From Octopus vulgaris (Eukaryota), in the NCBI GenBank assembly GCA_951406725.2, contig OX597820.1:21204001-21268000 (forward strand): a stretch of DNA of 64,000 nucleotides. Direction: 5' to 3'. Within the stretch, counting starts at the first letter, position 1. Every line of letters starts with the position of its first letter. This document shows positions 54,153 to 64,000 of the stretch, piece after piece. The translations under genes and the position numbers were made by a program. The notes beneath the pieces were generated by a model. It saw nothing but the letters and a program-made list of their open reading frames with translations, did not search any database and was not told the origin of the DNA.

Positions 54153-55292
54153 TACACACACACATATATTTTTATTTGTTTCAGTCATTTGACTGCGGCC
54201 ATGCTGGAGCACTGCCTTTAGTCGAACACATCAACCCCAGGACTTATTCTTTGTAAGCCTAGTACTTATTCTATCGGTCTCTCTTGCTGATCCACTAAGT
54301 GACAGGGATGCAAACACACCAGCATCGATTGTCAAGCGATGTTGGGGGGGAACAAACACACACACACATGCACACACACACACACACAACACACAAACAC
54401 ACACACATGTACACATATATATACACACACATGACGGGCTTCTTTCAGTTTCCGTCTACCAAATCCACTCACAAGGCTTTGGTCGGCCCGAGGAGACACT
54501 TGCCCAAGGTGCCACACAGTGGGACTGAACCCAGAACCATGTGGTTGGTAAGCAAGCTACTTACCACACAGCTACTCCTAAAAAGAAACTAAAACTGTAG
54601 TGTTTCATATAAAAAATTATTATTTAGAAAAATCAATAAGAAACCCAAAGCACAATTTTTTAAAAAAATGAATTTTATTTTTAAAAAATGAAGTTTTATT
54701 TTTTTGCCTAAAGAAATTTTTTTTATCAAAATGATAAATTGTCATTCAAAATACAGTCCACAGTATATCGAAAACAGAATTTATTTGAATAAGTTTAATA
54801 ATTCAGCCCCATCATATAATTGGGGAGAATGAACATTTAAAAGAATGATTATGGAATAAAATGTCTGTAATTTCTTGTTCTGTTTCTGGTTTTCATTCTA
54901 TCAGAATCAAAATGGTTCTGATAATGATTTCTGATAATGGTTCTGAGTAGCATAATTGGCACTTTACAATATTAGAAAATTAATTAGTGGAATTTCACAA
55001 TTCTGAATAAAATCTCTTGCTGTGAACTGTGTATAAACAATTAAAATTTACTTCATAATTTATTGTGGAAGAAGTGTGAGGCCTTCTTTCTCGTTAAGGA
55101 ATTATATTTATGACAAATTATTTAAAAATAACTAAATTATGTTAGTATCAAAAGAAACTCAGTCACCTATACAACTGTAAGAATATATACAAATATGTGT
55201 GTATGTATATATAAATGTGTGTGTATGTGTGTATGTATGTATATATATATATATTTAATCCATCATTTTTAGTCCAACTATATATATATGTA

Positions 55293-55330
<38 letters not shown>

Positions 55331-56064
55331 ATGCATATAAATATATTTAAGTATGTATGTAAATAAACGAACATAATATATTTTTCAATAGAACTCTGAC
55401 ATTATTACTGAAATATATGTTTCAATAGGTTTATATATACACTTGTACACTATTTTTATTTATTTCATTGACAGCATACTATATATAAATATACAGGCAT
55501 GGCTGTATGGTAAGAAGCTTGCTTCCCAACCTCATGGTTCTGGGTTCAGTCCCACTACTTGGTAACTTGGGCTTGTGTCTTCTATTATAGCCTCAGGCCA
55601 ACCAAAGCTTTGTGAGTTGATTTGGTAGATGGAAACCGAAAGAAGCCTGCAACATATATTTGTGTGTCTGTGTTTGTCCCACCCCCCACCATCGCTTGAC
55701 AACTGATGTTGGTGTGTTTACATCTCTGTAACTTAGCAATTCGGCAAAAGAGACCGATAGGATAATTACTAGGCTTGCAAAGAATAAGTCCTGGGGGGTC
55801 GATTTGTTCGACTAGAGGCAGTACTCCAGCATGGCCACAGTCAATTGACTGACACAAGTAAAAGAATAAAAGAATAAAAGAAAGATTATTCTTTGAGCAT
55901 ATAGCATGTCTCAACAAAATGCTTTGTACATTTTGGTTTGTTGTGCTTTTATTCAAAGGTTTAGATACATCAAAAGTAGAAACAGAATTATGTTTGTGAA
56001 TCACATTGTATGGGTTTAAGTATTAATATTGATTCAGTTAAGTTTTGTGCTGTTAAACTTCTGT

Positions 56065-56813
56065 TTAACCTGTCAACATTCCAAGTTCTTCGTTTGTGGA
56101 ATTTTTTTTCCTTATTTCTTCCTTTACTTCTTTTCTCGCCCTCTCGCTGTCCAGAAGTACACCAGCATAAGGTTTTATTTTCATAGTTGACATTTTCAGT
56201 GAATAACCAAAATCATTCTTCCAGTTGTACCAAATAATCCCCCGGATCAGCCCATTTGGTATTGCATCAATTTTACCACCTACAGTATATAAGCCATTCA
56301 AAGAGCTAAACCCACATGCTCGGAACCACCAACCTGATCGGTCTTTTAAAGCACAGTGCTCCGCCCACTCATCATTGTCCTTGTCTATTGTACTAAACAA
56401 CATACCGTTATGGTATTTATTTAAAGCATCACCAGCTGTGCCGTTATAACCACTAACATGTAACTTGTACTCATCTTTCTCACTGTCTATATAAAATGAT
56501 GTATATTGTGCATAAGCAGTGTCATTCTCCCAGTCACTAAGTTCTATTCGTAATGTATAATTACCGTTCCTAGTCATTTTATGGATATTTTCATTACCGA
56601 AATAATATTCCCCGTTAACATTACCGAAACCAAATGCATAATCATTCCATTTTCTTGTGAAGTTTTCTGAACCATCCCTTCTTCTTTGGATGACAGTCCA
56701 TCCGCTGTTTTCTGCTTCCAGCTCACACCAAACATTCTGAACTGGCCCTTTTGGTATTTTAATTGGGTAAACTCCGGATATTCGAATACCATTTCGATAC
56801 AGTTCATAACAAT
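56065..56813 (-). CDS. Fibrinogen-related domain (FReD) protein, terminal coding exon
   Basis: tttctag|(D)CYELYRNG...GWTVIQRRRDGSENFTRKWNDYAFGFG...GTAGDAL...FSTIDKDND...GWWFRACGFSSLNG...MKIKP then a charged tail and TAA; phase-1 acceptor. The open frame extends 5' of listed ORF 56065-56577. Confidence 0.95.
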
Positions 56814-58155
56814 CTAGAAAGAAAGAAAAAAGACATACAAATCAAATTCATATTTCTAATAACAAAATGTATAAATAAGAATTTATGTCAATTAAATCGG
56901 AGTGGTTGGCATTAGGAAGGGCATCAAGCTGTAGAAACTCTGCCAGATCAGATTGGAGTCTGGTGCAGCCATCTGTTTCGCCAGACATCAGTCAAATCGT
57001 CCAACACATGCTAGCATGGAAAGCAGACGTTAAACAATGATGATGATGATGATAAATCATGAAAGTGTTTGGAGAGAGACAGCAGAGATCACGAATTTTT
57101 CTGTAGATTGTTAAATGCTGAGATAGTGAAAAGTAATATGGGCTTTTTACATTACTTATGAAGTATTCTTAAATTCATGAGAAGAATGCGGTTGATGTTT
57201 AAAATTAAATCATGTTGGTTTATGCTGGTAAGAAAAACATGAATCAAGAAGAATGATCAAGCAAAGTGTTTAGTGTGGGATTTAGTGAAATATTCACAGC
57301 AGAAGAGGAGAGGTTGTTGCATCAGGTAATCAGGATTGGAACTGGTATACAGCTAGGTAATTTATAGGAGTGTTTTGTGGTGTTGGTAAAAGAGGTCGAG
57401 TGAAAAAGCAGGGTATTTGTGAGCCAATTGCTGTAAGCTCTGTCAATACATTATTTATTATTTCCTTATTGCCCCCAAGGGGCTAAACATAGAGGGGACA
57501 AACGAGGACAGACAAAGGGATTAAGTCGATTACATCAACCCCAGTGTGTAACTGGTACTTAATTTATCGACCCTGAAAAGATGAAAGGCAAAGTCGACCT
57601 CGGTGGAATTTGAACTCAGAACATAATGGCAGATGAAATACCGCCAAGCATTTTGCATGGCACACTAATGTTTCTGCATGTTTATATAAGTATCTATGGA
57701 TGCATGTGTATATATATGTATATATATGTGTGTGTGTGTGTACACGCACATGTGAGTGTATGTGTATGAGTGAATTTATGTGTGTATACAAATATATTTA
57801 TACATATACACATACAAACATACATACACACATATGCATGGATGCATACATGCACACATACATACACACACATGCACACACATATGCACACATAACATAC
57901 ACACATGCATACATACTAGTTAAAGTCCTGAATGTTGTTCACAATAAATTCTTAAGTTACTGACATTCTCTCTGAGCTGAAGACAGAAAACAAAAAAAAA
58001 AGTTCAATCTGCAATTAGGGACTTTCAAAGGGGAAGGGAGATAATTTCTAGAAACCTTCAAATTTACATTTTTAAAGAACCATACTAGTCATATTTCATT
58101 TTTAGATTTGGTTTGCAAGATTCTTTATGTGAGTTTGTGTGTTGAAGTTTATTTG

Positions 58156-58761
58156 GTTGTGTCTGGGGAGAGTCATTTTCTTTTTGTGCCTTATTATGTA
58201 ACACACTCACCAGTAAAATTTCCACTTATTTTCATTTTCCTAAAATTTTCATTGCGTCTTGCAACTTTTTCAATAGTCTTGACTATTGAAAAGGTTGCAA
58301 GACGCAACGAAAATTTTAGGAAAATTTTAGGAAAATAAAAATAAGAAATAGGTGTAAATTTTAGGAAAATAAAAATAAGAAATAAGTGGAAATTTTAGGA
58401 AAATAAAGATAAGAAATAAGTGTAAATTTTAGGAAAATAAAAATAAGAAATAAGTGGAAATTTAAGGAAAATAAAAATAAGAAATAAGTGGAATTTTTAG
58501 GAAAATAAAAATAAGAAATAAGTGTAAATTTTAGGAAAATGAAAATGAGAAATAAGTGGAAATTTTAGGAAAATAAAAATGAGAAATAGGTGGAAATTTT
58601 AGGAAAATAAAAATGAGAAATAAGTGGAAATTTTAGGAACATAAAAATAAGAAATAAGTGGTAATTTTAGGAACATAAAAATAAGAAATAAGGGGAAATT
58701 TTACCGGTGAGTGTGTTAAATTATAAGGCACAAAAAGAAAATGACTCTCCCCAGACACAAC
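58156..58761. mobile_element. Fold-back element with a 34-bp tandem array in the right arm
   Basis: Arms gttgtgtctggggagagtcatt / aatgactctccccagacacaac, axis about 58279; single-arm relative at about 9670-9800. Confidence 0.8.
58322..58700. repeat. 34-bp minisatellite, about 11 copies (aaattttaggaaaataaaaataagaaataagtgg)
   Basis: ttttagg recurs at 58325, 58359, 58393 and onward. Confidence 0.9.
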
Positions 58762-59316
58762 AGAACACACCAGTCATGCTGATCAGTTAATGAATTTTTA
58801 CATATAAAGCAAAATTATGTTTTTGGCAGAGAAGAATTTGCATAATTAAAAATAGAAAGAGGTAAGAGAAATAATTTGAAAGGATCATTAATCTGAAGAA
58901 TGAACTTAATTGTCCAAATTATTTATCTTTCGGCATCATTGTCATTGTCATCATCATCATCATCATCATCATCATCGTCGTTGTTGTAACATCCACATTT
59001 TCATGCTTGCATGGGTCGGATGGAATTTGATGAGGCAGATTTACTATGGTTGGGTGCCCTTCCTGTAGCCAATCCTGAACCTGTTTCTTAGCAAGGGAAT
59101 ATTTCCCAATGACCAGACATGTTTTTATGGAAGACTGGAAACAATCAACAAATATCAACTGTGATAATTATTTCCAACCATCATGTGATGTCAAGACAAT
59201 GGCATACACAAGCATACATGCATACACATACATACACACTTACTGATACATACATATATATACACAAACACGCACACACATACACTGGCATATATATGGG
59301 GAGAGTGTATATATGT

Positions 59317-59352
<36 letters not shown>

Positions 59353-61507
59353 ATGTGTGTGTGTGTGTGTGTGTGTACAGATTTGTTGATACAATCTCTT
59401 TTCAATATTAAGTAGCAACTTCTAACAAAAATATTTTCAATTCTTAGGAAAAAATTTTCTCTCTACCAGATATTCTACTGGATTTTTTGAAAAATGCCAT
59501 AAAATTATCTTATTCCATCACATCTAATTTAGTCTATAATATAACTTCAACTAGTATGACAATATTAAATTCTAGGAATAATCATATTGTAATTATGATT
59601 AATTGTAATTATATTAATCCTAAAAGGGGATGGACTTTGGATTCTGTTTAGTCAAAAATCAGTATACAAATATATAGTTGCTATACCAAATACTAAAACG
59701 TTTTATTGAGTTTACTACAAATAGTTTTAAAACAATATTTCATTCCCATACTCATATTTTCTGAAATCCTAAAATAAATAATTCAACCACCTAATTAACA
59801 TTTATTTAAAAACTGATGGACAATAGCACTTCTTTTGGTATAAAAAGGAGCCATTCTACAAGTACAGAAAATTCATTTTGCTAAGGTTCCTTTCTTGAAT
59901 AAAAATTGTTGGCTTATTATAGTTGTAATCTTAAAAATCATTAAAGCATTCCTGAACTAGAATATATAAACTATAAATCAGTTGAATAGATAGACTGATT
60001 TGCTGTTGCTTTAGTCATCAACATCCTATCCCTCTTTCTTTAGTAATATTTGTGAATAATGCCATTTATGTATTTTTATATTTCTACCTAAAATTATAAA
60101 CTTATCACTGAATTTAATTTTTTATTTTTACCGAATGTGTCTGTACATCAATACAATTTAATTTTGTGAAACCCAGCTATTGATTTGTGAAATGAATCTT
60201 ACTACATGAAATGAATCTTAATATGTTTATCTTTGTATAAACTTATATGCATAGAATTTAGCTGTTCTATGTTTGTATGCCAATACATCAGATATAAAGA
60301 ATCATATATTACTCTTTTACTCTTTTACTTGTTTCAGTCATTCGACTGTGGCCATGCTGGAGCACTGCCTTTAGTCGAGCAAATCAACCCCAGAATTTAT
60401 TCTTTGTAAGCCTAGTACTTATTCTATCATTACAGGGAAATAAACACACCAGCATCAGTTGTCAAGCAATGTTGGGTGGGGGGGGACAAACACAGACACA
60501 CAAACACATACACACACACATATATATATATACATATATATAACAGGTTTCTTTCAGTTTCCATCTACCAAATCCTCTCACAAGGCTTTGGTCGGCCCTA
60601 GGCTATAGTAGAAGACATTTACCCAAGGTGCCATGCAGTGGGACTGAACCTGGAACCATGTGGTTGGTAAGCAAGCTACTTACCACACAGCCACTCCTAC
60701 GCCTATGTTCGTGTTTTATGAAAATAATATATCATGTAGTATGCACACATGTATATATTGATGGATAAATATATTTTTGCCTATGTGTGTATGTGCAGTG
60801 TATTATCATTATTATATTTTATACAACATATGTAGACGGACTTATTTACATGTGTGTCTGTGTGTGTGCATGCACGCATGTGCACTTAAATGGAAATGTT
60901 ACATCGAAATGTATATGTGTGTTTTGTTAAAACAGAATCCAGAGACTTCTGGTCAACATCTGCAAAATTTGTATTGTTTGGAATAGTGACATAAAGATAC
61001 AGGGAAATTTCTGTGTAAAGTGGAGTTCTCCAATGTTTTGGACAGAGTCTGTCTTTATATCAAAGCTGACTGAAGGGAATAAAAGGAAAGATGGCAGAGT
61101 TTTATATCGTCTGTGTTTGAGAAACTAGGTGTAACGAATGAGGAAAACAACATTTAGACTGGAAGTAGTAGGGAAAGAGACACTTGGTGAGAGAGGGAGA
61201 ACACAAGAGGAAAGTAAAGAACACAAGAAGCAAGCAGCAACGGAGATATATAAATATACACATAGATGTATATTGATGTATGTTTATATGTCATATTAAA
61301 TATCAATAGTTCACGAGTATATTCGTATGTCATTTGTATATTTAGTGACATTTTGGTATTGTAGCTATGGATGTGTATGTGTGTGTGTGTCATGCGTGTG
61401 CATGTGTGGTGTGTGTGTGTGTGTGTGTCATGTGTGGTGTGTGCGTCGTGTGGGTGTGTGTGTGTGATGTGTGGTGTGTGTGTGTGTTATGTGTAGTGTG
61501 TGTGTGT

Positions 61508-61544
<37 letters not shown>

Positions 61545-62328
61545 TGTGTAGTGTGTATGATGGTGTGTGCTTGTTTAAATTTTTATATATAGATGCATCA
61601 ATAATTCTTCGTTTGTCTTGACACAACTTCACTGTTTTCTCAACAAATATTCAGGAAATTTTTCAGAGAGAAGTAGTATAAGGCTAGAATAATACATGAA
61701 CTGAAAAAATTTTTTTTAAAAGTAGCAGGTGTGAGATCACTCTGAATAAAGCAGGAATTTATCAAGAAAAGGGATTAGAAACAATGAAAGTTATAACAGA
61801 GTAGGAGTAAGTGACTCAGAAATATCAGTGTATGCATGTGTATGTGTGTTTGTGTGCGTGTGCGTGTGTGTGTGTGTGTGCATGTGCAAATTTACATACA
61901 GACACATACATACATACATACATATATTTAATTATTCGTGACAGAAGCATTATTAATGTCAAAAGCAAGCTTTACATCCAACTTAATGTAGATATATTGT
62001 TCAGGTGCAGGATGCTGCATTATTTACCTTGAGAGGACCTCTCATACAGACATATGGTACATAAAAGCAAACATATTTATGTTTATATGTATGTATGTAT
62101 ATATATATATTTCTATATATATATATGTATGTGTGTATGTATGTATGTATGTATGTACATATGTATGTATGTATGTATGTATGTATGCATGTATGTATAT
62201 ATGTATGTATATATATATATATATATATATACATGCACACACACACACATATATATATTCATTATATTCATACATATATACATATATGTATGTATATACA
62301 TGTATATATATATATATATGTTTATATA

Positions 62329-62714
62329 TCTCTCTCTATATAAACGGCAGTTTGTCTGTGTGTGTTTCTGTGTGTCTGTTTGGTTGTACCCTCACCCTGA
62401 CCACGGCTTTCAACCGATTCTGATGAAACTTGACACACACATAGCCCAATGTCATAATTCAAAACTAACGCAGCGAAAATTTTGAAAAGTTCCCCCAGTT
62501 CTGAAAAAAAATCGATAAATTCGACATGGGGTCGAGAATCAGAAACACAAACCACAGACTGTCTAGGGGACGCAACTCGACCTTTTTTAACTCTCAAAAA
62601 AAAATTTACCATAATTTTTTTCCATTTTTTTGCTATTTTTTGGCTATAACTCTCTAAAAATGCTTTATAGTTATTTCCCTTACAAACCTGAGCAACGCCG
62701 GGCGATACTGCTAG
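62329..62714 (+). mobile_element. Non-autonomous Helitron
   Basis: TC start; 3' end cctgagcaacgccgggcgatactgCTAG|T nearly identical to the 22594-23107 element. Confidence 0.78.
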
Positions 62715-62736
62715 TATATATATATATATGTATATA

Positions 62737-63145
62737 CTCTTTTACTCTTTTACTTGTTTCAGTCATTTGACTGCGGCCATGCTGGAGCACCACCTTTAGT
62801 TGAGCAAATCGACCCCGGGACTTATTCTTTGTAAGCCCAGTACTTATTCTATCGGTCTCTTTTGCCGAACCGCTAAGTAACGGGGACGTAAACACACCAG
62901 CATCGGTTGTCAAGCAATACTAGAGGGACAAACACAGACACACAAACATACACACACACATATATATATATGTACATATATACGACAGGCTTCTTTCAGT
63001 TTCCGTCTACCAAATCCACTCACAAGGCATTGGTCGGCCCGGGGCTACAGCAGAAGACACTTGCCCAAGATGCCACGCAGTGGGACTGAACCCGGAACCA
63101 TGTGGTTGGTTAGCAAGCTACTTACCACACAGCCACTCCTGCGCC
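62737..63145 (-). mobile_element. SINE family A, full-length young copy
   Basis: Reverse complement of 8202-8616 with few differences. Confidence 0.9.
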
Positions 63146-63271
63146 TATATATATATATATATACATGTAGATATATATATATATGTGTATGTATTTCTGT
63201 ATGTATGTATGTATGTATGTAAGCATGTATGTGTGTGTGCATATGACACTCTCACATGTGTAAAATTTTAC

Positions 63272-63390
63272 CTCTGGCCATGGGAATTCCTTTTAAAGCT
63301 GGAAAGTCCTTAGCGTATGTTGTTTTCGATGTTCCTCTCCGGTTATAAAAATTGTACTTATTTACACGTGCTTCAAGAATGTTCATATTT
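63272..63390 (-). CDS. FReD gene, penultimate coding exon
   Basis: ttttttccag|a NMNILEARVNKYNFYNRRGTSKTTYAKDFPALKGIPMAR g|gtaaaa; 119 nt, phase 2-1. Splicing to 56813 gives PMARDCYELY, a typical FReD start. Confidence 0.88.
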
Positions 63391-63734
63391 CTGGAAAAAA
63401 TGAAATAAATGTTAAATTACAGATAATGGACAATATGTAGTAAACCATGTTAAATATGAGTTTATGCCAAACTGAAAATATATAAAACATGGTATAATAA
63501 TGATAGTCTCTTGAAGTCCAAGAAAGACGGTTCTACAATTTCTTGCTGGACAACCTGCAGAAATACAGTTCTATATTTAAGAGATTTAAGAAATTATGTA
63601 CATCATTCACATTATTTACATTATTTACATTCGACAGATATTTCTTCTCATCTGCTGATATACCCTCCAGCCTTCTTCAGGTGTCTTGGGGAAATTTCGA
63701 ACCTGGGTTCTCATTCCTAAGATATTTTCCGATG

Positions 63735-63905
<171 letters not shown>

Positions 63906-64000
63906 TTCAGGTCACAGCTTGGAATCAAACTCGGAATCTTGGAGTTAGTAGTCCACGCACTTAACCACTATGCCATATGCCCATGGGCATATGGTGTAGT

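Noticed and set aside
56574-56807. Listed 77-aa minus ORF suggesting a frameshifted FReD
   Set aside because: Shadow frame; the true FReD frame is open from the 56813 acceptor to the 56065 stop
57961-57976. Strong minus-strand acceptor with a possible 16-nt micro-exon in the FReD intron
   Set aside because: It would shift the frame; the flanking exons already join in phase to give PMARDC
58322-58700. Regular 34-bp periodicity resembling a CRISPR array
   Set aside because: Units are contiguous with no unique spacers, no cas genes, and the context is eukaryotic

Overview
AT-rich, microsatellite- and repeat-saturated metazoan genomic DNA; the SINE/LINE/MITE inventory is most consistent with an octopus (coleoid cephalopod), which is an inference. 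Two spliced genes could be assembled by hand. (1) A + strand atypical soluble guanylate cyclase (H-NOX, PAS/HNOBA, coiled coil, cyclase) with 9 in-phase GT-AG exons from 30846 to 51565, about 578 aa; its terminal exon was not found. It has the distal-pocket Tyr/Gln signature of O2-sensing sGCs and a catalytic domain keeping mainly beta-side residues. (2) The last two coding exons of a - strand fibrinogen-related-domain (FReD) gene (63390-63272 and 56813-56065). Most other listed ORFs are microsatellite or SINE artefacts. Mobile DNA includes several tRNA-headed SINE families, RTE, CR1-like, HERO-like and Dong/R4-like LINE remnants, mariner, hAT, pogo-like and piggyBac-like MITEs, and two non-autonomous Helitrons. 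The most notable hidden signal is a set of minimal type I hammerhead-ribozyme motifs (CUGANGA...GAAA-palindrome-UH). Intact cores are at 834-918(-), 21191-21230(+) and 29056-29098(+), with many decayed copies. They are carried by several unrelated non-coding, often fold-back elements sitting in (TA)n/(TAA)n tracts, resembling non-autonomous Penelope-like or retrozyme-like elements.
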